Positions 51,012 through 60,024 are shown, counted from the first letter of the stretch. The stretch: DNA of 64,000 bases from Dehalococcoidia bacterium (GCA_963555985.3 OY820591.1:1024001-1088000); one strand, 5' to 3'. The notes: generated by a model not told the origin, from the letters alone. A program made the numbers and translations.

Positions 51012-51797
51012 CTACAAATCGGCGAGTTCGTCGCGCAGGTCGCGGTCGTCGACGATGTGTCCGGTGAAGCTGGGCGGTTGGCTGGCGATCCAGACGCAGG
51101 CGCGCGCCATCCAGTCCGCCGACTCGAACTCGGTCTGGGGATTATCGGGCGTCGTCAGCGCGTACCAGTGGCCGGGCGTCTTGATTAAGTAGCGCAGAGT
51201 CAACACGTTGCAGGCGATCTGGTCGGCTTGCAGTTCCATCGCCCAACCCTGGGTGATGCGTTCGAGACCGGCCTTGACCATCCCGTAGAACTGTCCGCCC
51301 TCGCGCGGATCGTCATAGGGGCCGGGGCCGGGCATGTCGGCAGCGCCGGAGGAGATGTTGATGATGTCGCCGCCGGACTCTTTCATGTAGGGCAAGGCGG
51401 CCTTGGCCAAGAGCACCGGACCGCGCAGATCGAGCCGCCAGATCAGGTCGATGTGGCGGTCGCGCACCGACTCGAGCGTGCCGGGAACGAGCACAGCGGC
51501 GTTGTTGACGAGGATGTCGAGGCCGCCCAGTTCTGCCGCGGTTCGTTCGACCGCGCGCGAAATCGACTCCGGATCGGATACGTCGAGCGCGACGGGAACG
51601 GCGTGTCCGCCGGACTGCCGAATTTCTTCGGCGACGGTTCGGATCGTGCCGGGCAAGCGAGGGTCGGGCGACGCTTCATCCGATCGCGCCGCTACCGCCA
51701 CCGCTGCGCCATGCGCGGCCAGTCCGCGCGCAATATCGGCCCCGATGCCGCGGCTCGAACCCGTGACCAACGCCTTGCGTCCGTCCAGCAACCCCAT
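51012..51797 (-). CDS. SDR family oxidoreductase
   Basis: VTGSSRGIG, DILVNNA, YGMVK; start moved to ATG 51797. Confidence 0.9.
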   Translation of the reverse strand: MGLLDGRKALVTGSSRGIGADIARGLAAHGAAVAVAARSDEASPDPRLPGTIRTVAEEIRQSGGHAVPVALDVSDPESISRAVERTAAELGGLDILVNNAAVLVPGTLESVRDRHIDLIWRLDLRGPVLLAKAALPYMKESGGDIINISSGAADMPGPGPYDDPREGGQFYGMVKAGLERITQGWAMELQADQIACNVLTLRYLIKTPGHWYALTTPDNPQTEFESADWMARACVWIASQPPSFTGHIVDDRDLRDELADL

Positions 51798-51902
51798 TGG
51801 TGTCCTCGCTTCTGTTGCGCCCCCAATAGCGGGAGCGGGAACGCAGTTTAGCAGTACCCCGGCAGTGGTTTGGTACGGCTGGCGCACGCACGTAGGTCGA
51901 GA

Positions 51903-51965
51903 TTCTCCCGCCTGCGCGGGGACAGGCTCTCAAAGGGGGAGAGGGGAGGTCCGGGAAGGAGTGTT
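51903..51965. repeat. Degenerate family-2 REP-like element
   Basis: TTCTCCCGCCTGCGCGGGGAC...GGGGGAGAGGGGAGG. Confidence 0.4.
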
Positions 51966-51994
51966 GGGTGCAGAGCCGTCGCTAGACTGCCTGC

Positions 51995-52720
51995 ATGACC
52001 CGCGCGATCAGGGCCGCGAGTGAGACCAACAGGGGCGTTGGCGAACTGATCGAACTTCCCGGCGGCGCGTTCACGATGGGCGCCGACCACCAGCGCCGCG
52101 ACGAACGTCCCGCCCACCTCGTCACGCTCTCTCCGTTCCGCGCCGCCTTTCGACCCGTCAGCAACGAACAGTACGCCGAGTTCGCCGAACAGACCGGCGC
52201 TTCTCCGCCGCCTTTCTGGGCACAGGCGAATTTCCGCCTCCCCGCCGCCCCGGTAGTCGGAATCTCCTGGCATGACGCGGTTGACTATTGCGAATGGCTA
52301 TCGACCCAGACCGGTACGCGCTACCGCCTGCCCAGCGAAGCCGAGCGCGAGTACGCCGCCCGAGGCGGTCTCGCCGACGCCGACTGGCCAAAGTCGGACG
52401 AACTCTGGCCGGACGCACCCGAACGCGCCCAAATCGCCGCGCTCGAACATCCGCACATCCCAATCGAGGCCTGCCGCAACGCCTTCGGCCTCTACTGCAT
52501 GGCCGACAACGTGCACGAGTGGTGCTCCGACTGGTACGACCGCAACTTCTACGAGCTCTCGCCGAGCGACGCGCCGAGCGGCCCACTCAGCGGTACGCGC
52601 CGCGCCAGCCGCGGCGGCTCATGGCGGCACCGGATCAAGTTCACGCGGGTCAGCGCTCGCTCCAGTCTCTCGCCCAACTACCGCTATAACGACTACGGTT
52701 TCCGCGTCTACGCGGACTGA
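51995..52720 (+). CDS. FGE-sulfatase (SUMF1/EgtB/PvdO) domain protein
   Basis: FTMG, ERPAH, PVVGISW.DA..YC.W, RLPSEAE.EYAARGG, NAFGLY.M..NV.EW..DWY, RGGSW, GFRV. Confidence 0.9.
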   Translation: MTRAIRAASETNRGVGELIELPGGAFTMGADHQRRDERPAHLVTLSPFRAAFRPVSNEQYAEFAEQTGASPPPFWAQANFRLPAAPVVGISWHDAVDYCEWLSTQTGTRYRLPSEAEREYAARGGLADADWPKSDELWPDAPERAQIAALEHPHIPIEACRNAFGLYCMADNVHEWCSDWYDRNFYELSPSDAPSGPLSGTRRASRGGSWRHRIKFTRVSARSSLSPNYRYNDYGFRVYAD

Positions 52721-52738
52721 ATCGAAAGAGCCGTTGCC

Positions 52739-53737
52739 ATGCCTGTTCGCACCACCGTCGTCGGTTCGTGGCCGATTCCGTTCGGTCAACGGCTCAAGCT
52801 CAAGCGCTACTACGCGGGCGAGTTCTCCGACGAGCAAGCCAACGGCGTCTTGCAGACGGCCGCGCGGATCGCCATGGACGAACAGATCGCGTGCGGGCTC
52901 GATCAGATCATGGGCGGCGAGGTCTTCGCGCCCGATTTCCTGCATCACATCCCGCCGCGTCTTGAGGGTCTGGAGACGCTTGCTCCGCGCGTCACCTCAA
53001 AGGGGCAGCAGGGCATCGGACGCTACCGGGTGATTGGCAAGGTGACCGCGCCTCGCGGCACCGGGCACGCGAAGGCGTGGCGGCGCGAGCGGGAGATTGA
53101 GCCTCGGCTGGACAAGGCGTCGGTACCCTCGCCGCTGACGATCGGCGGCGGCTTCCAGGCCGGCGACGATTCGGCGCACATGAACGACCTGATCCGCGTC
53201 GTCCAGGACGAGATCGCCGACATGGTTGAGCAGGGGCTAAGCGAAATCCAACTCGACGCCCCAGGCGAAGCGATCGGTCTGGTCTCCGAGCGGCAGACGG
53301 TGGACGAATTGCTGCCGCTCGTGCGCGCTCCGCTGGAAGCGGCGGCGGGCATTCGTCGCACGATCCACTTTTGTCTGGGAGACATCGCCCGCAAGCCGTC
53401 GATCGAAGTGCAGAATCTTCACGCCCTACTGCCGCTGATTCAACGGCTCGAAGGCCAAGTTGAGCGCGTGCATGTCGAGTGTTCTTACTCCGGGCAGTGG
53501 GAAGAGCACGGGCTGCTGGCAGAGGTACCGGAGTCGATGGAAGTGATCGCCGGCATCGCCGACGTGAAGTCGAAGCCCGCTCCGGTGACGGAGCTTCGAC
53601 AGAAGATCGAGCAGTTGGTTGAGGTGATCTCGCCGGAGCGCCTGCTGGTCTCGACAAGCTGCGGGGTCGGTCGAGTACCGCACGACGAGGCGATCCGCCT
53701 GATGCGGAATTTGGTCAAGGCAGCGCAGGCGGTCTGA
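52739..53737 (+). CDS. Cobalamin-independent methionine synthase II family (single-barrel MetE-like)
   Basis: TTVVGSWP, IQLDAP, zinc ligands HFC, HVEC, STSCG. Confidence 0.85.
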   Translation: MPVRTTVVGSWPIPFGQRLKLKRYYAGEFSDEQANGVLQTAARIAMDEQIACGLDQIMGGEVFAPDFLHHIPPRLEGLETLAPRVTSKGQQGIGRYRVIGKVTAPRGTGHAKAWRREREIEPRLDKASVPSPLTIGGGFQAGDDSAHMNDLIRVVQDEIADMVEQGLSEIQLDAPGEAIGLVSERQTVDELLPLVRAPLEAAAGIRRTIHFCLGDIARKPSIEVQNLHALLPLIQRLEGQVERVHVECSYSGQWEEHGLLAEVPESMEVIAGIADVKSKPAPVTELRQKIEQLVEVISPERLLVSTSCGVGRVPHDEAIRLMRNLVKAAQAV

Positions 53738-53749
53738 CAGACGAGCGAC

Positions 53750-54046
53750 GTGAGAATCATCTACCGAACGCGCCAGTTGGAACGCGCTTACAAACGGCAG
53801 CAGGTGGCAGTACGGCGCTGGGGACCGGAGGTCGGCAACCGCTATCGCGAGCGGATCGACCGCATCAGAACCATCTCCACCTGGCCGAATCTGTTCGAGT
53901 ATCGTTCACTCGGGCTGCACCCGCTGCGCGGCCCGCGACAAGGCCAATACGCGATACGGTTGACCGGAAGATGGCGATTGATCGTCCGACAAGGCAGTGA
54001 TCCGGACGAGATCGAAATCGTGGATGTCGAGGACTACCATGACTGA
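53750..54046 (+). CDS. higB: HigB/RelE-family toxin
   Basis: LHPLRGPRQGQYAIRLTGRWRLI...IVDVEDYH. Confidence 0.9.
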   Translation: MRIIYRTRQLERAYKRQQVAVRRWGPEVGNRYRERIDRIRTISTWPNLFEYRSLGLHPLRGPRQGQYAIRLTGRWRLIVRQGSDPDEIEIVDVEDYHD

Positions 54047-54335
54047 TTTCAGCTTGGACTCGCTGGCCGATGTTCCGACGCATCCCGGCTTGTTCTTGGC
54101 CGAGGAGATCGAAGCTCGGGAGATCAGCGTCAACGAACTTGCCGAGCTAGCCGATCTGCCGCTCAATACCCTGATTGAGATTGTCGAGCAACGCCGAGTC
54201 ATCGAGCCGCCCGTTGCGCACGCCCTGGAAGCCGCGCTCGATCTTCCGGCGCAAGAATGGTTGAACGCAACCAAGCTCTACAAACTCACAGTCGAGCAAA
54301 TCGAACGCGACACTGCGCTATCAAGAGCAGACTGA
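54039..54335 (+). CDS. higA: HigA-family antitoxin (HTH)
   Basis: PTHPG.FL.EE, LA, I..I....R.I....A..L, WLN; overlaps the higB stop. Confidence 0.88.
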   Translation: MTDFSLDSLADVPTHPGLFLAEEIEAREISVNELAELADLPLNTLIEIVEQRRVIEPPVAHALEAALDLPAQEWLNATKLYKLTVEQIERDTALSRAD

Positions 54336-54349
54336 GCCTTTGCTAAGAC

Positions 54350-55555
54350 CTACGGCGTGAACTCGATCTCGCTGCTGCGCAGCCAGTGCCCGACCGTTGC
54401 GTTCGTGGGGAAGAATCGCGCTTGAGGCAGGATTCGCTCGCCGGAGGCGACGAAGCCGAACTCGATCCGGCCTCCAGCGGTCAGTCTCGCGGCGATCCGG
54501 CCCCAGTCTTCCACGTCACTGCTGAGCAGCCAGACGCCCACGCGCGCGGTTGTGGGGAAGTATCGGCGCGTCGGGAGGATCAGCTCGCCGTCGCTCGTGC
54601 GGAATCCGAACTCCACTCGTCCGTCCGCGCCCAATCGCGCCACGATTCTGCCGACGACCGCCGGGTTTTCGAACGCGACCGCGTCGTCGGGCGAACCCGT
54701 GGGCGGCGGATCGTCCGCCGGCTCTGTGCCTCCCCAGCAGATCGCACCACCCGCGGCAACGACGCCGCAGGACCAGTCGCGGCCGGCGCTGATCTGGGTG
54801 AAGCGCGTCTGCGGCGGCTCGTGCTCGCCCGCGCCCCAACAGGACGCCGTACCGTTCGCGGCCAATGCGCAGGTATGGGACTCGCCCGCGCTGACCGACT
54901 CGAAGCGACCACTCGGCGGCGAGGCTTGGCCGAATGCATTGTCGCCCCAACAGGCGATCCGTCCATTCGTGCGCACGGCGCAGGCGTGCGATGTCGCCGC
55001 GCTGACCGAGGTGAATGTTCCACTTGGGGTTTGCAGCTCGCCGACGCGATCCCAACCCCAGCAGAAGAGCGCGCCGGCCGTGGTCACGCCGCAGCTGTAG
55101 AGGTGTCCCGCGTCGATGCTGCGGTACGTCTCTGCCGGCACCTCGAGGAAGCCCCAGTCGATCCCGCTGCCCCAACAGACGCCCGCGCCGGACTCGCGAA
55201 TGGCGCAGCTATGCGACGCGCCCGCGCCAATCTGGGTGAATCGTCCCGGCGGCGCGTCTATCTGCCGCGATTCGTTCCGCCCCCAGCATCGAATCTCGCT
55301 GTCGTCGGTCAGGGCGCAGGTGAAGTCGTCGCCGACCGCGACCGCGCTGTAGCTGCCGGACGGCACGTTGAGCTGCCCGTATTCGTTGCCGCCCTCGCAC
55401 TCGAGCGAGCCGTCGTCGTAGAGGTAACAGACGTGGCTGTCGCCGGCGCTAACGGCGACGATCGTTCCGTCTGCGTGGGCCGATGATCCCAGCGTCCAGA
55501 TCGCCGACAGCACAACCACTAACACCAACGCCGCGCCAGGAACCCGATGTCGCAT
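54350..55555 (-). CDS. Secreted RCC1-like repeat protein (7 repeats) with two C-terminal DGRxEF modules
   Basis: Signal peptide (AHA-DG); 7 VSAG..H.C...CWG repeats; Pro linker; tandem module. Confidence 0.88.
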   Translation of the reverse strand: MRHRVPGAALVLVVVLSAIWTLGSSAHADGTIVAVSAGDSHVCYLYDDGSLECEGGNEYGQLNVPSGSYSAVAVGDDFTCALTDDSEIRCWGRNESRQIDAPPGRFTQIGAGASHSCAIRESGAGVCWGSGIDWGFLEVPAETYRSIDAGHLYSCGVTTAGALFCWGWDRVGELQTPSGTFTSVSAATSHACAVRTNGRIACWGDNAFGQASPPSGRFESVSAGESHTCALAANGTASCWGAGEHEPPQTRFTQISAGRDWSCGVVAAGGAICWGGTEPADDPPPTGSPDDAVAFENPAVVGRIVARLGADGRVEFGFRTSDGELILPTRRYFPTTARVGVWLLSSDVEDWGRIAARLTAGGRIEFGFVASGERILPQARFFPTNATVGHWLRSSEIEFTP

Positions 55556-55664
55556 GTGCGCCCCCTCCGATCCGCCCGTGTCGGCTCACGGTAGCAGCGT
55601 GAGGCGAGGATGGGGGATCGTGGCGGCGGCTGCTGTTCGGGGCGGGCGAGAAAAACGAGCACGG

Positions 55665-55939
55665 CGGATTTTCAGGTTTCGGAGAATTTTTTTCCTGAGG
55701 TCGTTGAGGCATGATCTCCAGCTATACGCTGGAGATCGTGATTCAGGTCGTTCAGCTTTTTTCAGGTTTTTTCGGTTCGGAGCGTTCGATTCTGTTCGAT
55801 TCCGTTCGACACGGAGCGGTAGCGAGCGAACAGTTTGGCGCGGCGACGGGGAGGTCCGGCCCCGGATTGATGGGCGTCTCGGTCATCGTGTGCTTTTCGC
55901 TTGCTTCGCTTATATAGATCTTATGTTTTATAATGTCAC
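55665..55939 (-). repeat. Dispersed intergenic element, copy D (inverted)
   Basis: Minus strand: GTGACA-N17-TATATA, ATGACC, GAAC at 10-bp spacing (plus-strand GTTC 55784, 55794, 55804), GGAAAAAAATTCTCC; perfect 10-bp inverted repeat at 55713-55737. Confidence 0.6.
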
Positions 55940-55971
55940 GTTCCAGGCCGAGGAGGATGACGGGTTGAGAT

Positions 55972-56005
55972 TCAGTAGTGGATGGCGCGCCCGCCGCCGG
56001 CGGCG
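55972..56005 (-). pseudogene. Remnant of the 3' end of the downstream SDR gene
   Basis: Minus strand reads AAGGGRAIHY*, compared with AAGGGVGRAIHY* ending the gene at 57313. Confidence 0.7.
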
Positions 56006-56276
56006 TTCATGTGGAGTGCTCGTGCTCGGGCAGTGGGAGGAACACGGACTGCCGGCTGAACTGCCGGACAGCACGCAGATCATCGCCGGCATCACCGACG
56101 TAACGTCAACACCGGCGTCGGTCACCGAACTACGTGATAGGGTCAAGCGGCTCGTGGAGGTCATTCCACCCGAGCGGCTGCTCGTCTCCAGCAGTTGCGG
56201 CGCCGGCCGCGCGCGCCGCGATGAAGCGATCCGCTTGATGCGCAACCTGTTCAAGGCGGCGGCCCTGGTCGGCTAA
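56005..56276 (+). pseudogene. Diverged duplicate of the metE-like 3' end
   Basis: VHVECS, 1-nt deletion, then GQWEEHGL...IAGI.DV...V.ELR...LVEVI.PERLLVS.SCG.GR...DEAIRLMRNL.KAA, matching 53468-53737. Confidence 0.88.
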
Positions 56277-56289
56277 CGGCAAGGAGCGA

Positions 56290-57297
56290 ATGATGGAACT
56301 CAGACCACTCGGACGGACCGGCGTGCAGGTATCGAGCCTCTGCCTCGGCTGTATGATGTTCGGCCGGCGCACCGAACCGGAGGAGTCTTACGCGATCATC
56401 GACCGCGCGCTTGACGCCGGCGTCAACTTCCTTGACACGGCCAACGTCTACGCTTTGGGCCGCAGCGAGGAGATCACGGGCGAGGCGCTGAAGCGCAACG
56501 GACGGCGACAGCACGTCGTCCTTGCGACCAAGGTCCACGGACAAATGGACTCCGAGGACCCCAATGCGCGCGGCAACAGCCGGCGTCACATCGTCGAGCA
56601 GTGCGAGGCCAGCCTGCGCCGTCTGCAGACCGATTACATCGACCTCTATCAGCTCCACCGGCCGCAGCCCGACATCCCAATTGATGAGACCCTGCGCGCG
56701 CTCGACGATCTGATCCGCGACGGCAAGGTGCGCTACATCGGCACCAGCAACTTCGCGGGCTGGGAGTTGGTCGAATCGCTCTGGGTGGCGAAGGAACTGG
56801 GACTCAACCGAGTCGTCTGCGAGCAGCCCGCCTACAACCTGCTCGACCGACGGGTCGAGAGCGAACTGCTGCCCGCCGCCCGCACCTTCGGGATCGCCGT
56901 CATCCCCTGGGGACCGCTCGGCGGCGGCTTGCTGAGCGGTCGGTATCAGCGAGGCGAGCCATTGCCCGCCGATGGCCGCTATGCGTTGACTCCACAGTCG
57001 CAGAATCGGCTCACCGACGGCGTCTTCGACGTGATCGAAGCGCTCTCGCCGATCGCCCAGGAGAAGGGCTGCAGCCTCTCGCAGCTTGCCCTCGCCTGGT
57101 GCGAGCAGCAGCCCGGCGTCACCAGCCCGATCATCGGCCCGAGAACGATGGAGCAGCTCGAGGACAATCTCGGCTCAGCCGACGTCGTCATCACCGACGA
57201 AGACCGCGAGCGCATCGACGCCGTCAACCCACCAGGCTGGACCGTGACGCCCTACTATGAACTCTTCCGCCGCCCACACCAGTATCGGATCCTGTAG
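56290..57297 (+). CDS. Aldo/keto reductase
   Basis: LGRTG..VS.LCLG, DTANVY..G.SEE, ATK, SLRRLQTDYIDLYQLH, GKVRYIG.SN. Confidence 0.95.
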   Translation: MMELRPLGRTGVQVSSLCLGCMMFGRRTEPEESYAIIDRALDAGVNFLDTANVYALGRSEEITGEALKRNGRRQHVVLATKVHGQMDSEDPNARGNSRRHIVEQCEASLRRLQTDYIDLYQLHRPQPDIPIDETLRALDDLIRDGKVRYIGTSNFAGWELVESLWVAKELGLNRVVCEQPAYNLLDRRVESELLPAARTFGIAVIPWGPLGGGLLSGRYQRGEPLPADGRYALTPQSQNRLTDGVFDVIEALSPIAQEKGCSLSQLALAWCEQQPGVTSPIIGPRTMEQLEDNLGSADVVITDEDRERIDAVNPPGWTVTPYYELFRRPHQYRIL

Positions 57298-57312
57298 TCG
57301 CGGCTCTAGCAA

Positions 57313-58098
57313 TTAGTAGTGGATGGCGCGGCCGACGCCGCCGCCGGCGGCGATGGTGTCGCCCGTGATCGCGATTGACTTGGGCGAGGCGAGGAAGGCG
57401 ACGATGTTGGCTATGTCGTCGGAGTCGATGATCGTGCGGACGGAGTTGCCGGACGCCATCCGCGCTTCGGCTTCTTCGAGCGAGATGTCGTTCGACTCGG
57501 CGATCTGGGCGATGCGATCCGGCGTCGCTTCGGTGCGGGTCAGACCGGGATGGACGACGGTGACGTTGATCCCGTCGGGGCCGAGCTCGTCGGCGAGGTT
57601 CTTGGTCATGGCGGCGACGGAGACATTGCGGATCGAGCCGACCGTGTTGCCGCTGCCTCGGGCGGCGAGGCCGGAGACGTTGATGATCCGTCCCCAGCCG
57701 TTCTGCTGCATGTAGGGCGCGGCGGCGCGGGAGCAGCGCAGGTAGCCGAGCACCTTGACCTGGAGGTCGGCGAGGGCGTGGTCGGCGGTGAGGTCGGCGA
57801 GCTTCATCGGACCGTGCACGCTGCCCGGCGAGGCGGCGTTGTTGACCAGGATGTCGAGTCCGCCGAGCGCGTCGGCTGCGCCGCTGACCATCGCTTCGAC
57901 CGACTGATCGTCCGCGGCGTCGTAGGCGAACCAGGCGGTGGCGCCGAGTTCGTCGGCTGCGGCGGCCAATCGTTCGGGGTCGCGTGCCGAGATCGCAACA
58001 TCGCAGCCCTCTTCGATCAGCACGCGGGCGATTGCTTTGCCGATCCCCCGGCTGCCGCCGGTAACTAACGCTCTCTTGCCCTGGAGTTGCAAGTCCAT
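57313..58098 (-). CDS. SDR family oxidoreductase
   Basis: VTGGSRGIG, DILVNNA, WGRIINV; lacks the canonical YxxxK. Confidence 0.9.
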   Translation of the reverse strand: MDLQLQGKRALVTGGSRGIGKAIARVLIEEGCDVAISARDPERLAAAADELGATAWFAYDAADDQSVEAMVSGAADALGGLDILVNNAASPGSVHGPMKLADLTADHALADLQVKVLGYLRCSRAAAPYMQQNGWGRIINVSGLAARGSGNTVGSIRNVSVAAMTKNLADELGPDGINVTVVHPGLTRTEATPDRIAQIAESNDISLEEAEARMASGNSVRTIIDSDDIANIVAFLASPKSIAITGDTIAAGGGVGRAIHY

Positions 58099-58099
58099 C

Positions 58100-58753
58100 T
58101 CAGGCTCCGTTCGGGACGACGCGCTCGTGCGGCGCTTTGAGGAATTCCGCCGGTTCGATGGGGTGGTTGTCGAGCGATGCTGCGACGACCTTGCCGTGTT
58201 CGATGACGACGTGCTGCGGCCGGGTCGGATTGCGATGACCCTCGCTCGGTCCCAGCGCGATGATCTCCGCCTCCAGCCGATGTGGTGTGATCGTCAGGAA
58301 GCCCATCCCCCCGAGTCTGGTCGAGAGGTGGTGCGGCAGCGACGGGCTTCCCGGATTGATCAACAACACGTCGTCCCGATATTCGAGCCGCTCGACATGC
58401 GTGTCGCCGCCGATCAGGACATCTACCCGTTCGTTGCTCAGCGACGCCGCCAGAATCTCCGCGATCGGTCTGGATTCGGGCCGCAGCTCGTGCGCGATGC
58501 CGACGCGGAAGCCTTCGACATCAAGGAAATGAAGCTCTTTCAGGCGGGGATCGTCGAAGATGTCGTTGTTGCCCCGCACCGCCAGCACGGGCGCGAACTG
58601 CTCGCACCAATCGAGCACGGCGGGAACCGTGATGTCGCCGCCGTGCAGGATCAGATCGACGCCTGTCAGCGCTGCTCCCGTTTCGGGGCCGAGGTCGTCC
58701 ATCGAGCGCAGCAGTTGGGGCAGATGGGTGTCGGAAATCAGGCCGATGCGCAT
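58100..58753 (-). CDS. YfcE-like metallophosphoesterase
   Basis: ISDTH, HGGD, RGNND, GDTH, NPGS. Confidence 0.9.
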   Translation of the reverse strand: MRIGLISDTHLPQLLRSMDDLGPETGAALTGVDLILHGGDITVPAVLDWCEQFAPVLAVRGNNDIFDDPRLKELHFLDVEGFRVGIAHELRPESRPIAEILAASLSNERVDVLIGGDTHVERLEYRDDVLLINPGSPSLPHHLSTRLGGMGFLTITPHRLEAEIIALGPSEGHRNPTRPQHVVIEHGKVVAASLDNHPIEPAEFLKAPHERVVPNGA

Positions 58754-58831
58754 GAGCGCAGGCTACGCCTGAGGCGGGATCGGCGCTAGCCTGTGCCCGT
58801 TCGCGTCTGAACGACGAGGAAAGGTTGTGAG

Positions 58832-60016
58832 ATGGCACAGGAACGATTGGCGGCGATCGCCGGCATCCACGAATATCCGCTGCGGGTCGCGCCGGGCGTC
58901 TCGTCGATGCAGATCAAGGCGGAGTCGATGAAGCGCGCGCTGGAGGACGCCGGCCTCGACTGGGGCGATGTGGACGGACTCTACGACGCGCTCGACGGCG
59001 AAGGCGGCGGCGGACTCGGCTTGGCCGCGTATCTGGGAATCAAGCCCCGGCTGCTCGACACCACCCAGGTCGGCGGCTCGTCCTATGAATTCCACGCTTC
59101 GCACGCTCTCCGCGACATTGCGGCTGGTCGCTGCAATGTTGCCGTGACCACCTACGGATCGACCGCGGCCTCAATGCGCGTGCCGATCGGCACCGGCGGC
59201 ATGGGTCGCGGCGGCGCTTCCTGGCAGCAGAACATGGAAGCCCCCTACGGTTCCACATTGATCGCCAACTACGCCATGGTCGCCCACCGGCACATGCACG
59301 AGTACGGCACGACGACGGAGCAACTGGCGCAGATCTCGGTGGCGACGCGCAAGCACGCGATGCGCAACCCCGAGGCGGTCAAGGCGATGACCGATCTCCA
59401 ATTCGTCAAGGTGGATGAGATCACGGTCGAGGATGTGCTCGAGTCGCGGGTGATCGCCGACCCGCTGCACCTGCTCGAGTGCTGCATGATCTCCGACGGC
59501 GGCGGCGCGGCGGTGTTTGTCTCGCCTGAGATCGCGCGTGACATCAAGAAGAAGCCGGTCTGGATCATCGGCGCAGGCGAAGCGACCAAGTACCGCGAGA
59601 ATGGCGGCGACATCACGACGTCAGCCGGTGCGCAGAGCGCTCCCGCCGCCTACGGACAGGCTGGCGTGACACCGGACGAGATCGACATCGCGATGATCTA
59701 CGACTCGTTCTCGATCACGGTCGCCGTGATGCTGGAAGACCTCGGATTCTGCGGGAAGGGCGAGGTCGGGCAGTTCATCGAGGACGGTCACCTGGCCTTC
59801 GATCAGCCGGGACTGACGCTCAACACCGACGGCGGCGGGCTGTCGTCCAACCATCCGGGGATGCGCGGACTGTTCCTGCTGCTCGAATCGGTGCGCCAGC
59901 TGCGGGGCGAGTCGACCTCGCAGGTCGATGGAGCGAAGCTCGCTGTCGCGCACGGCAACGGCGGATTGCTCGGCGGCACCCACACCGGCGGCACTGTGAT
60001 TCTCGCGGCGGACTAA
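58832..60016 (+). CDS. Thiolase-like protein (SCP2/Ltp2 type)
   Basis: A.RHMHEYGTT.EQLA, NPEA, PL..L.CC.ISDGG, IYDSF, NTDGGGLS..HPG, VRQLRG. Confidence 0.9.
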   Translation: MAQERLAAIAGIHEYPLRVAPGVSSMQIKAESMKRALEDAGLDWGDVDGLYDALDGEGGGGLGLAAYLGIKPRLLDTTQVGGSSYEFHASHALRDIAAGRCNVAVTTYGSTAASMRVPIGTGGMGRGGASWQQNMEAPYGSTLIANYAMVAHRHMHEYGTTTEQLAQISVATRKHAMRNPEAVKAMTDLQFVKVDEITVEDVLESRVIADPLHLLECCMISDGGGAAVFVSPEIARDIKKKPVWIIGAGEATKYRENGGDITTSAGAQSAPAAYGQAGVTPDEIDIAMIYDSFSITVAVMLEDLGFCGKGEVGQFIEDGHLAFDQPGLTLNTDGGGLSSNHPGMRGLFLLLESVRQLRGESTSQVDGAKLAVAHGNGGLLGGTHTGGTVILAAD

Positions 60017-60024
60017 CCAGATGC

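Noticed and set aside
51995-52720. FGE/CLec-fold gene as a diversity-generating retroelement target
   Set aside because: No reverse transcriptase and no adenine-variant template repeat seen in the window.
53468-56276. metE-like duplicate as a DGR TR/VR pair
   Set aside because: Differences involve all bases, many at third codon positions, and are not adenine-specific.
55554-56276. 240-aa ORF as an intact gene
   Set aside because: Its first two-thirds read antisense through element D; only the tail is the metE-like remnant.
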